Below are positions 28,050 through 43,000 of a DNA stretch of 64,000 bases, in pieces; within the stretch, counting starts at the first letter, position 1, and every line of letters begins with the position of its first letter. The stretch spans positions 133,052,001 through 133,116,000 of the forward strand of contig OZ024743.1 in the NCBI GenBank assembly GCA_964016885.1, written 5' to 3'. Both the position numbers and the translations under genes were made by a program. Source of the stretch: Eledone cirrhosa. Taxonomy: Eukaryota. The notes beneath the pieces are model-generated. The model was not told the origin of the DNA, made no database searches, and saw only the letters and a program-made list of their open reading frames with translations.

Positions 28050-31000
28050 CACCAAGCACCAAACACCAAGCACCAATCACCAAACACCAAGCACGAAGCA
28101 CCAAATACCAAACACCAAGCACCAAGCACCAAACACCAAACACCAAGCACCAAGCACCAAGCACCAAACACCAAGCACCAAGCACCAAGCACCAAACACC
28201 AAGCACCAAATACCAAGCACCAGACACGAAGCACCAATCACCAAATACCAAACACCAAGCACCAAGCACCAAACACCAAACACCAAACACCAGGCACCAA
28301 GCACCAATCACCAAGCACCAAGCAAAAAACACAAAGCACCAAGCACCAAGCACCAAACACCAAACACCAAACACCAGGCACCAAGCACCAAGCAGCAAGC
28401 ACCAAGCACCAAGCACCAAGCACCAAACACCAAACACCAAGCACTAAGCACCAAACACCAAACACCAAGCACAAAGCACCAAAGAGCAAAAACAAAGCAC
28501 CAAGCACCAAACACCAAACACCAAACACCAAACACCAAACAGCAAACACCAAACAGCAAACACCAAACAGCAAACAGCAAACACCAAACACCAAACACCA
28601 AGCACCAAGTACCAAGCACCAAACAACAACACCAAGCACCAAGCACCAAACACCAAGCACCAAGCACCAAACACCAAACACCAAGCTCCAAGCACCAAAC
28701 ACCAAACACCAAGCACCAAGCAGCAAACACCAATCACCAAGCACCAAGCACCAAACACCAAGCACCAAACACCAAGCACCAATCACCAAACACCAAACAC
28801 CAAGAACCAAGCACCAATCACAAAACACCAAGCACCAAGCACCAAACACCAAGCACCAAGCACCAAGCACCAAACACCAAACACCAAACACCAAGCACCT
28901 AGCACCAAACACCAAGCACCAAGCACCAAGCAACAAACACCAAGCACCAAGCACCAAACACCAAGCACCAAGCACAAAACACCAAGCACCAAGCACCGAG
29001 CACCAAACACCAAGTACCAAGCACCAATCACCAAACACCAAGCACCAAGCACCAAACACCAAACACCAAACACCTAGCACCAAGCACCAAACACCAAACA
29101 CCAAGAACCAAGCACCAAACACCAAATACCAAGCACCAAGCACTAAACACCAAACACCAAGCAGCAAGCACCAAGCATCAAGCACCAAGCACCAAACACC
29201 AAGCACCAAGCACCAAGCACCAAGCACCAAACACAAAACACCAAGTACCAAGCACCAAGCACAAAACACCAAGTACCAAGCACCAAGCTACAAACACCAA
29301 ACACCAAACACCAAGCACCAAGCACCAAACACCAAATACCAAGCTCCAAGCACCAAACACCAAATACCAAGCACCAAGCAACAAACACCAATCACCAAGC
29401 ACCAAGCACCAAACCCCAAGCACCAAACACCAAGCACCAATCACCAAACACCAAACACCAAGAACCAAGCACCAAACACCAAGCACCAAGCACCAAGCAC
29501 AAAACACCAAGCACCAAGCGCTAAACATAAAACACTAAGCAACAAGCACCAAGCACCAAGCACCAAACACCAAACATCAAACACCAATCACCAAACATCA
29601 AACAGCAAACACCAAACACCAAACACCAAACATCAAACAGCAAACAGCAAACAACAAACAACAAATGCCAAACATCAAACGCCAAACACCAAACACCAAA
29701 TAGCAAACACCAAACCGCAAACACCAAACACCAAACAGGAAACACCAAACACCAAACAGCGAACACCAAACAGCAAACACCAAACACCAAGCACCAAGCA
29801 CCAAGCACAAAACACCAAGCACCAAGCGCCAAACACCAAACACCAAGCACCAAGCACCAAACACCAAGCACCAAACACCAAACACCAATCACCAAGCGCC
29901 AAACACCAAATACCAAGCACCAAGCACTAAACACCAAACACCAAGCAACAGGCACCAAGCATCAAGCACCAAGCACCAAACACCAAGCACCAAGCACCAA
30001 GCACCAAGCACCAAACACAAAACACCAAGTACCAAGCACCAAGCTCCAAACACCAAACACCAAACACCAAGCACCAAGCACCAAACACCAAACACCAAGC
30101 ACCAAGCACCAGACACCAAGCACCAAGCACCAAGCACCAATCACCAAACACCAAGCACGAAGCACCAAACACCAAACACCAAGCACCAAGCACCAAACAC
30201 CAAACACCAAGCACCAAGCACCAAACACCAAATACCAAGCACCAAGCACCAAGCAGCAAGCACCAAACACCAAGCACCAAGCACCAAGCACCAAACACCA
30301 AGCACCAAACACCAAGCATCAGACACGAAGCACCAAGCACCAAGCACCAAACACCAAGCACCAAGCATCACACATCAAACACCAAGCACCAAGCACCAAA
30401 CACCAAACACCAAACACCAAACAGCAAACACCAAACAGCAAACACCAAACAGCAAACAGCAAACACCAAACACCAAACACCAAGCACCAAGCACCAAGCA
30501 CCAAACAACAACACCAAGCACCAAGCACCAAACACCAAGCACCAAGCACCAAATACCAAACACCAAGCTCCAAGCACCAAACACCAAGCACCAAGCACCA
30601 AACACCAATCACCAAGCACCAAGCACGAAACCCCAAGCACCAAACACCAAGCACCAATCACCAAACACCAAACACCAAGAACCAAGCACCAAACACAAAA
30701 CACCAAGCACCAAGCACCAAACACCAAGCACCAAGCACCAAGCACCAAACACCAAGCACCAAGTACCAAACACCAAACACCAAGCACCAAGCACCAAACA
30801 CCAAACACCAAGCACCAAGCACCAAACACTAAACACCAGGCTCCAAGCACAAAACACCAAGCACCAAGCACCAAGCACCAAACACCAAACACCAAACACC
30901 AAGCACCGAGCACCAAACACCAAGCACCAAGCACCAAGCACCAAACACCAAACACCAAGCTCCAAGCACCAAACACCAAACACCAAGCCCAAAGCACCAA

Positions 31001-34000
31001 AGAGCAGAAACAAAACACCAAGCACCAAACACCAAACACCAAGCACCAAACACCAAACAGCCAACACCAAACAGCAAACACCAAACACCAAATAGCAAAA
31101 ACCAAAGAGCAAACTCCAAACACCAAACAGCAAACACAAAACACCAAACAGCAAACACCAAACAGCAAACTCCAAACACCAAACACCAAGCACCAAGCAC
31201 CAAATACCAAGCACCAAACACCAAGCACCAATCACCAAACACCAAACACCAAGCACCAAGCACCAAACACCAAAAACCAAGCACCAAGCACCAAGCACCA
31301 AACACCATACGCCAAACACCAAACACCAAGCACCAAGCACCAAACACCAAGCACCAAGCGCCAAAGACCAAACACCAAGCACCAAGCACGAAACACCAAG
31401 CACCAAGCACCGAGCACCAAACACCATGTACCAAGCACCAATCACCAAACACCAAGCACCAAGCACCAAACACCAAACACCAAACACCAAGCACCAAGCA
31501 CCAAACACCAAACACCAAGAACCAACCACCAAACACCAAATACCAAGCACCAAGCACTAAACACCAAACACCAAGCATCATGCACCAAGCATCAAGCACC
31601 AAGCACCAAACACCAAGCACCAAGCACCAAGCACCAAGCACCAAACACAAAACACCAAGTACCAAGCACCAAGCACCAAACACCAAACACCAAACACCAA
31701 GCACCAAGCACCAAACACCAAACACCAAGCACCAAGCACCAGACACCAAGCACCAAGCAACAAGCACCAAGGACCAAAGACCAAACACCAAACACCAAAC
31801 ACCAGGCACAAAGCACCAAACACCAAGCACCAAGCACCAAAAACCAAAGACCAAGCACAAAGCACCAAAGAGCAAACACCAAACAGCAAACACCAAACAC
31901 CAAACACCAAACAGCAAACACCAAACAGCAAACACCAAACACCAAATAGCAAACACCAAAGGGCAAACTCCAAACACCAAACAGCAAACACAAAACACCA
32001 AACAGCAAACAACAAACAGCAAACACCAAAGAGCAAACAGCAAACACCAAACACCAAACACCAAGCACCAAGCACCAAGCATCAAACACCAACACCAAGC
32101 ACCAAGCACAAAACACCAAGCACCAAGCACCAAACACCAAACACCAAGCTCCAAGCACCAAACACCAAACACCAAGCACCAAGCACCAAACACCAATCAC
32201 CAAGCACCAAGCACCAAACCCCAAGCACCAAACACCAAGCACAAAACACCAAGCACCAAGCACCAAACACCAAACATCAAACACCAATCACCAAACATCA
32301 AACAGCAAACACCAAACACCAAACACCAAACATCAAACACCAAACAGCAAACAACAAACAACAAACGCCAAACATCAAACGCCAAACACCAAACACCAAA
32401 TAGCAAACACCAAACCGCAAACACCAAACACCAAACACCAAACACCAAACACCAAGCACCTAGCACCAAACACCAAGCACCAAGCACCAAGCAACAAACA
32501 CCAAGCACCAAGCACCAAACACCAAGCACCAAGCACGAAACACCAAGCACCAAGCACCGAGCACCAAACACCAAGTACCAAGCACCAATCACCAAACACC
32601 AAGCACCAAGCACCAAACACCAAACACCAAACACCTAGCACCAAGCACCAAACACCAAACACCAAGAACCAAGCACCAAACACCAAATACCAAGCACCAA
32701 GCACTAAACACCAAACACCAAGCACCAAGCACCAAGCATCAAGCACCAAGCACCAAACACCAAGCACCAAGCACCAAGCACCAAGCACCAAACACAAAAC
32801 ACCAAGTACCAAGCACCAAGCACCAAACACCAAACACCAAACACCAAGCACCAAGCACCAAACACCAAACACCAAGCACCAAGCACCAGACACCAAGCAC
32901 CAAGCACCAAGCACCAAGGACCAAACACCAAACACCAAACACCAAACACCAGGCACAAAGCACCAAACACCAAGCACCAAGCACCAAAAAGCAAACACCA
33001 AACAGCAAACACCAAACACCAAACACCAAACAGCAAACACCAAACAGCAAACACCAAACACCAAATAGCAAACACCAAAGGGCAAACTCCAAACACCAAA
33101 CAGCAAGCACAAAACACCAAACAGCAAACAACAAACAGCAAACAGCAAACAACAAACAACAAATGCCAAACTTCAAACGCCAAACACCAAACACCAAATA
33201 GCAAACACCAAACCGCAAACACCAAACACCAAACAGGAAACACCAAACACCAAACAGCGAACACCAAACAGCAAACACCAAACACCAAGCACCAAGCACC
33301 AAGCACAAAACACCAAGCACCAAGCGCCAAACACCAAACACCAAGCACCAAGCACCAAACACCAAGCACCAAACACCATACACCAATCACCAAGCGCCAA
33401 ACACCAAATACCAAGCACCAAGCACTAAACACCAAACACCAAGCACCAAGCACCAAGCATCAAGCACCAAGCACCAAACACCAAGCACCAAGCACCAAGC
33501 ACCAAGCACCAAACACAAAACACCAAGTACCAAGCACCAAGCACCAAACACCAAACACCAAACACCAAGCACCAAGCACCAAACACCAAACACCAAGCAC
33601 CAAGCACCAGACACCAAGCACCAAGCACCAAGCACCAATCACCAAACACCAAGCACGAAGCACCAAACACCAAACACCAAGCACCAAGCACCAAACACCA
33701 AACACCAAGCACCAAGCACCAAGCACCAAACACCAAGTACAAAGCACCAAGCACCAAACACCAAACACCAAACACCAAGCACCAAGCACCAAACACCAAA
33801 CACCAAGCACCAAGCACCAGACACCAAGCACCAAACACCAAGCACCAATCACCAAACACCAAGCACGAAGCACCAAATACCAAACACCAAGCACCAAGCA
33901 CCAAACACCAAACACCAAGCACAAAGCACCAAACACCAAATACCAAGCACCAAGCACCAAGCACCAAACACCAAGCACCAAGCACCAAGCACCAAGAACC

Positions 34001-37000
34001 AAGCACCAAATACCAAGCACCAGACACGAAGCACCAATCACCAAATACCAAACACCAAGCACCAAGCACCAAACACCAAACACCAAACACCAGGCACCAA
34101 GCACCAATCACCAAGCACCAAGCAAAAACACAAAGCACCAAGCACCAAGCACCAAACACCAAACACCAAACACCAGGCACCAAGCACCAAGCAGCAAGCA
34201 CCAAGCACCAAGCACCAAGCACCAAACACCAAACACCAAGCACTAAGCACCAAACACCAAACACCAAGCACAAAGCACCAAAGAGCAAAAACAAAGCACC
34301 AAGCACCAAACACCAAACACCAAACACCAAACACCAAACAGCAAACACCAAACAGCAAACACCAAACAGCAAACAGCAAACACCAAACACCAAACACCAA
34401 GCACCAAGTACCAACCACCAAACAACAACACCAAGCACCAAGCACCAAACACCAAGCACCAAGCACCAAACACCAAACACCAAGCTCCAAGCACCAAACA
34501 CCAAACACCAAGCACCAAGCAGCAAACACCAATCACCAAGCACCAAGCACCAAACACCAAGCACCAAACACCAAGCACCAATCACCAAACACCAAACACC
34601 AAGAACCAAGCACCAAACACAAAACGCCAAGCACCAAGCACCAAACACCAAGCACCAAGCACCAAGCACCAAACACCAAACACCAAACACCAAGCACCTA
34701 GCACCAAACACCAAGCACCAAGCACCAAGCAACAAACACCCAGCACCAAGCACCAAACACCAAGCACCAAGCACAAAACACCAAGCACCAAGCACCGAGC
34801 ACCAAACACCAAGTACCAAGCACCAATCACCAAACACCAAGCACCAAGCACCAAACACCAAACACCAAACACCTAGCACCAAGCACCAAACACCAAACAC
34901 CAAGAACCAAGCACCAAACACCAAATACCAAGCACCAAGCACTAAACACCAAACACCAAGCACCAAGCACCAAGCATCAAGCACCAAGCACCAAACACCA
35001 AGCACCAAGCACCAAGCACCAAGCACCAAACACAAAACACCAAGTACCAAGCACCAAGCACCAAACACCAAACACCAAACACCAAGCACCAAGCACCAAA
35101 CACCAAATACCAAGCTTCAAGCACCAAACACCAAATACCAAGCACCAAGCAACAAACACCAATCACCAAGCACCAAGCACCAAACCCCAAGCACCAAACA
35201 CCAAGCACCAATCACCAAACACCAAACACCAAGAACCAAGCACCAAACACCAAGCACCAAGCACCAAGCACAAAACACCAAGCACCAAGCGCTAAACATA
35301 AAACACTAAGCACCAAGCACCAAGCACCAAGCACCAAACACCAAACATCAAACACCAATCACCAAACATCAAACAGCAAACACCAAACACCAAACACCAA
35401 ACATCAAACACCAAACAGCAAACAACAAACAACAAATGCCAAACTTCAAACGCCAAACACCAAACACCAAATAGCAAACACCAAACCGCAAACACCAAAC
35501 ACCAAACAGGAAACACCAAACACCAAACAGCGAACACCAAACAGCAAACACCAAACACCAAGCACCAAGCACCAAGCACAAAACACCAAGCACCAAGCGC
35601 CAAACACCAAACACCAAGCACCAAACACCAAGCACCAATCACCAAACACCAAGCACGAAGCACCAAATACCAAACACCAAGCACCAAGCACCAAACACCA
35701 AACACCAAGCACCAAGCACCAAGCACCAAACACCAAGCACCAAGCACCAAGCACCAAACACCAAGCACCAAATACCAAGCACCAGACACGAAGCACCAAT
35801 CACCAAATACCAAACACCAAGCACCAAGCACCAGACACCAAACACCAAACACCAGGCACCAAGCACCAATCACCAAGCACCAAGTACCAAGCACCAAGCA
35901 CCAAACACCAAACACCAAACACCAAGCACCAAGCACCAAACACCAAACACCAAGCACCAAGCACCAGACACCAAGCACCAAACACCAAGCACCAATCACC
36001 AAACACCAAGCACGAAGCACCAAATACCAAACACCAGGCACCAAGCACCAAACACCAAACACCAAGCACCAAGCACCAAGCACCAAACACCAAGCACCAA
36101 GCACCAAGCACCAAACACCAAGCACCAAATACCAAGCACCAGACACGAAGCACCAATCACCAAATACCAAACACCAAGCACCAAGCACCAAACACCAAAC
36201 ACCAAACACCAGGCACCAAGCACCAATCACCAAGCACCAAGCAAAAAACACAAAGCACCAAGCACCAAGCACCAAACACCAAACACCAAACACCAGGCAC
36301 CAAGCACCAAGCAGCAAGCACCAAGCACCAAGCACCAAGCACCAAACACCAAACACCAAGCACTAAGCACCAAACACCAAACACCAAGCACAAAGCACCA
36401 AAGAGCAAAAACAAAGCACCAAGCACCAAACACCAAACACTAAACACCAAACACCAAACAGCAAACACCAAACAGCAAACACCAAACAGCAAACAGCAAA
36501 CACCAAACACCAAACACCAAGCACCAAGTACCAAGCACCAAACAACAACACCAAGCACCAAGCACCAAACACCAAGCACCAAGCACCAAACACCAAACAC
36601 CAAGCTCCAAGCACCAAACACCAAACACCAAGCACCAAGCAGCAAACACCAATCACCAAGCACCAAGCACCAAACACCAAGCACCAAACACCAAGCACCA
36701 ATCACCAAACACCAAACACCAAGAACCAAGCACCAAACACAAAACACCAAGCACCAAGCACCAAACACCAAGCACCAAGCACCAAGCACCAAACACCAAA
36801 CACCAAACACCAAGCACCTAGCACCAAACACCAAGCACCAAGCACCAAGCAACAAACACCAAGCACCAAGCACCAAACACCAAGCACCAAGCACAAAACA
36901 CCAAGCACCAAGCACCAATCACCAAACACCAAGCACCAAGCACCAAACACCAAACACCAAACACCTAGCACCAAGCACCAAACACCAAACACCAAGAACC

Positions 37001-40000
37001 AAGCACCAAACACCAAATACCAAGCACCAAGCACTAAACACCAAACACCAAGCAGCAAGCACCAAGCATCAAGCACCAAGCACCAAACACCAAGCACCAA
37101 GCACCAAGCACCAAGCACCAAACACAAAACACCAAGTACCAAGCACCAAGCACCAAACACCAAACACCAAACACCAAGCACCAAGCACCAAACACCAAAT
37201 ACCAAGCTCCAAGCACCAAACACCAAATACCAAGCACCAAGCAACAAACACCAATCACCAAGCACCAAGCACCAAACCCCAAGCACCAAACACCAAGCAC
37301 CAATCACCAAACACCAAACACCAAGAACCAAGCACCAAACACCAAGCACCAAGCACCAAGCACAAAACACCAAACACCAAGCGCTAAACATAAAACACTA
37401 AGCAACAAGCACCAAGCACCAAGCACCAAACACCAAACATCAAACACCAATCACCAAACATCAAACAGCAAACAGCAAACACCAAACACCAAACATCAAA
37501 CAGCAAACAGCAAACAACAAACAACAAATGCCAAACATCAAACGCCAAACACCAAACACCAAATAGCAAACACCAAACCGCAAACACCAAACACCAAACA
37601 GGAAACACCAAACACCAAACAGCGAACACCAAACAGCAAACACCAAACACCAAGCACCAAGCACCAAGCACAAAACACCAAGCACCAAGCGCCAAACACC
37701 AAACACCAAGCACCAAGCACCAAACACCAAGCACCAAACACCAAACACCAATCACCAAGCGCCAAACACCAAATACCAAGCACCAAGCACTAAACACCAA
37801 ACACCAAGCAACAGGCACCAAGCATCAAGCACCAAGCACCAAACACCAAGCACCAAGCACCAAGCACCAAGCACCAAACACAAAACACCAAGTACCAAGC
37901 ACCAAGCACCAAACACCAAACACCAAACACCAAGCACCAAGCACCAAACACCAAACACCAAGCACCAAGCACCAGACACCAAGCACCAAGCACCAAGCAC
38001 CAATCACCAAACACCAAGCACGAAGCACCAAACACCAAACACCAAGCACCAAGCACCAAACACCAAACACCAAGCACCAAGCACCAAACACCAAATACCA
38101 AGCACCAAGCACCAAGCACCAAGCACCAAACACCAAGCACCAAGCACCAAGCACCAAACACCAAGCACCAAACACCAATCATCAGACACGAAGCACCAAG
38201 CACCAAGCACCAAACACCAAGCACCAAGCACCACACATCAAACACCAAGCACCAAGCACCAAACACCAAACACCAAACACCAAACAGCAAACACCAAACA
38301 GCAAACACCAAACAGCAAACAGCAAACACCAAACACCAAACACCAAGCACCAAGCACCAAGCACCAAACAACAACACCAAGCACCAAGCACCAAACACCA
38401 AGCACCAAGCACCAAATACCAAACACCAAGCTCCAAGCACCAAACACCAAGCACCAAGCACCAAACACCAATCACCAAGCACCAAGCACGAAACCCCAAG
38501 CACCAAACACCAAGCACCAATCACCAAACACCAAACACCAAGAACCAAGCACCAAACACAAAACACCAAGCACCAAGCACCAAACACCAAGCACCAAGCA
38601 CCAAGCACCAAACACCAAGCACCAAGTACCAAACACCAAACACCAAGCACCAAGCACCAAACACCAAACACCAAGCACCAAGCACCAAACACTAAACACC
38701 AGGCTCCAAGCACAAAACACCAAGCACCAAGCACCAAGCACCAAACACCAAACACCAAGCTCCAAGCACCAAACACCAAACACCAAGCCCAAAGCACCAA
38801 AGAGCAGAAACAAAACACCAAGCACCAAACACCAAACACCAAGCACCAAACACCAAACAGCCAACACCAAACAGCAAACACCAAACACCAAATAGCAAAA
38901 ACCAAAGAGCAAACTCCAAACACCAAACAGCAAACACAAAACACCAAACAGCAAACACCAAACAGCAAACTCCAAACACCAAACACCAAGCACCAAGCAC
39001 CAAATACCAAGCACCAAACACCAAGCACCAATCACCAAACACCAAACACCAAGCACCAAGCACCAAACACCAAAAACCAAGCACCAAGCACCAAGCACCA
39101 AACACCATACGCCAAACACCAAACACCAAGCACCAAGCACCAAACACCAAGCACCAAGCGCCAAAGACCAAACACCAAGCACCAAGCACGAAACACCAAG
39201 CACCAAGCACCGAGCACCAAACACCATGTACCAAGCACCAATCACCAAACACCAAGCACCAAGCACCAAACACCAAACACCAAACACCAAGCACCAAGCA
39301 CCAAACACCAAACACCAAGAACCAACCACCAAACACCAAATACCAAGCACCAAGCACTAAACACCAAACACCAAGCATCATGCACCAAGCATCAAGCACC
39401 AAGCACCAAACACCAAGCACCAAGCACCAAGCACCAAGCACCAAACACAAAACACCAAGTACCAAGCTCCAAGCACCAAACACCAAACACCAAACACCAA
39501 GCACCAAGCACCAAACACCAAACACCAAGCACCAAGCACCAGACACCAAGCACCAAGCACCAAGCACCAAGGACCAAACACCAAACACCAAACACCAAAC
39601 ACCAGGCACAAAGCACCAAACACCAAGCACCAAGCACCAAAAACCAAAGACCAAGCACAAAGCACCAAAGAGCAAACACCAAACAGCAAACACCAAACAC
39701 CAAACACCAAACAGCAAACACCAAACAGCAAACACCAAACACCAAATAGCAAACACCAAAGGGCAAACTCCAAACACCAAACAGCAAACACAAAACACCA
39801 AACAGCAAACAACAAACAGCAAACACCAAAGAGCAACACAGCAAACACCAAACACCAAACACCAAGCACCAAGCACCAAGCACCAAACACCAACACCAAG
39901 CACCAAGCACCAAACACCAAGCACCAAGCACCAAACACCAAACACCAAGCTCCAAGCACCAAACACCAAACACCAAGCACCAAGCACCAAACACCAATCA

Positions 40001-43000
40001 CCAAGCACCAAGCACCAAACCCCAAGCACCAAACACCAAGCACAAAACACCAAGCACCAAGCACCAAACACCAAACATCAAACACCAATCACCAAACATC
40101 AAACAGCAAACACCAAACACCAAACACCAAACATCAAACACCAAACAGCAAACAACAAACAACAAACGCCAAACATCAAACGCCAAACACCAAACACCAA
40201 ATAGCAAACACCAAACCGCAAACACCAAACACCAAACACCAAACACCAAACACCAAGCACCTAGCACCAAACACCAAGCACCAAGCACCAAGCAACAAAC
40301 ACCAAGCACCAAGCACCAAACACCAAGCACCAAGCACGAAACACCAAGCACCAAGCACCGAGCACCAAACACCAAGTACCAAGCACCAATCACCAAACAC
40401 CAAGCACCAAGCACCAAACACCAAACACCAAACACCTAGCACCAAGCACCAAACACCAAACACCAAGAACCAAGCACCAAACACCAAATACCAAGCACCA
40501 AGCACTAAACACCAAACACCAAGCACCAAGCACCAAGCATCAAGCACCAAGCACCAAACACCAAGCACCAAGCACCAAGCACCAAGCACCAAACACAAAA
40601 CACCAAGTACCAAGCACCAAGCACCAAACACCAAACACCAAACACCAAGCACCAAGCACCAAACACCAAATACCAAGCTCCAAGCACCAAACACCAAATA
40701 CCAAGCACCAAGCAACAAACACCAATCACCAAGCACCAAGCACCAAACCCCAAGCACCAAACACCAAGCACCAATCACCAAACACCAAACACCAAGAACC
40801 AAGCACCAAACACCAAGCACCAAGCACCAAGCACAAAACACCAAGCACCAAGCGCTAAACATAAAACACTAAGCACCAAGCACCAAGCACCAAGCACCAA
40901 ACACCAAACATCAAACACCAATCACCAAACATCAAACAGCAAACACCAAACACCAAACACCAAACATCAAACACCAAACAGCAAACAACAAACAACAAAT
41001 GCCAAACTTCAAACGCCAAACACCAAACACCAAGCACCAAGCACCAAGCACCAAACACCAAACACCAAACAGGAAACACCAAACACCAAACAGCGAACAC
41101 CAAACAGCAAACACCAAACACCAAGCACCAAGCACCAAGCACAAAACACCAAGCACCAAGCGCCAAACACCAAACACCAAGCACCAAGCACCAAACACCA
41201 AGCACCAAACACCAAACACCAATCACCAAGCGCCAAACACCAAATACCAAGCACCAAGCACTAAACACCAAACACCAAGCACCAAGCACCAAGCATCAAG
41301 CACCAAGCACCAAACACCAAGCACCAAGCACCAAGCACCAAGCACCAAACACAAAACACCAAGTACCAAGCACCAAGCACCAAACACCAAACACCAAACA
41401 CCAAGCACCAAGCACCAAACACCAAACACCAAGCACCAAGCACCAGACACCAAGCACCAAGCACCAAGCACCAATCACCAAACACCAAGCACGAAGCACC
41501 AAACACCAAACACCAAGCACCAGGCACCAAACACCAAACACCAAGCACCAAGCACCAAGCACCAAACACCAAGTACCAAGCACCAAGCACCAAACACCAA
41601 ACACCAAACACCAAGCACCAAGCACCAAACACCAAACACCAAGCACCAAGCACCAGACACCAAGCACCAAACACCAAGCACCAATCACCAAACACCAAGC
41701 ACGAAGCACCAAATACCAAACACCAAGCACCAAGCACCAAACACCAAACAGCAAGCACCAAGCACCAAACACCAAATACCAAGCACCAAGCACCAAGCAC
41801 CAAACACCAAGCACCAAGCACCAAGCACCAAGAACCAAGCACCAAATACCAAGCACCAGACACGAAGCACCAATCACCAAATACCAAACACCAGGCACCA
41901 AGCACCAAGCAGCAAGCACCAAGCACCAAGCACCAAGCACCAAACACCAAACACCAAGCACTAAGCACCAAACACCAAACACCAAGCACAAAGCACCAAA
42001 GAGCAAAAACAAAGCACCAAGCACCAAACACCAAACACCAAACACCAAACACCAAACAGCAAACACCAAAGAGCAAACACCAAACAGCAAACAGCAAACA
42101 GCAAACACCAAACACCAAGCACCAAGTACCAAGCACCAAACAACAACACCAAGCACCAAGCACCAAACACCAAGCACCAAGCACCAAACACCAAACACCA
42201 AGCTCCAAGCACCAAACACCAAACACCAAGCACCAAGCAGCAAACACCAATCACCAAGCACCAAGCACCAAACACCAAGCACCAAACACCAAGCACCAAT
42301 CACCAAACACCAAACACCAAGAACCAAGCACCAAACACAAAACACCAAGCACCAAGCACCAAACACCAAGCACCAAGCACCAAGCACCAAACACCAAACA
42401 CCAAACACCAAGCACCTAGCACCAAACACCAAGCACCAAGCACCAAGCAACAAACACCCAGCACCAAGCACCAAACACCAAGCACCAAGCACAAAACACC
42501 AAGCACCAAGCACCGAGCACCAAACACCAAGTACCAAGCACCAATCACCAAACACCAAGCACCAAGCACCAAACACCAAACACCAAACACCTAGCACCAA
42601 GCACCAAACACCAAACACCAAGAACCAAGCACCAAACACCAAATACCAAGCACCAAGCACTAAACACCAAACACCAAGCAGCAAGCACCAAGCATCAAGC
42701 ACCAAGCACCAAACACCAAGCACCAAGCACCAAGCACCAAGCACCAAACACAAAACACCAAGTACCAAGCACCAAGCACCAAACACCAAACACCAAACAC
42801 CAAGCACCAAGCACCAAACACCAAATACCAAGCTCCAAGCACCAAACACCAAATACCAAGCACCAAGCAACAAACACCAATCACCAAGCACCAAGCACCA
42901 AACCCCAAGCACCAAACACCAAGCACCAATCACCAAACACCAAACACCAAGAACCAAGCACCAAACACCAAGCACCAAGCACCAAGCACAAAACACCAAG

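Larger units (their letters stand above)
10050..28270. repeat. Higher-order repeat, ~8.4-8.6-kb period, two copies (~10.05-18.64 kb and ~18.65-28.27 kb; the second carries an extra 1190 bp)
   Basis: Offsets 8608 (10544 vs 19152), 8503 (11858 vs 20361), 8482 (13152 vs 21634; 14456 vs 22938), 8419 (16637 vs 25056), 8440 (17631 vs 26071), then 9630 = 8440+1190 (17985 vs 27615). Confidence 0.85.
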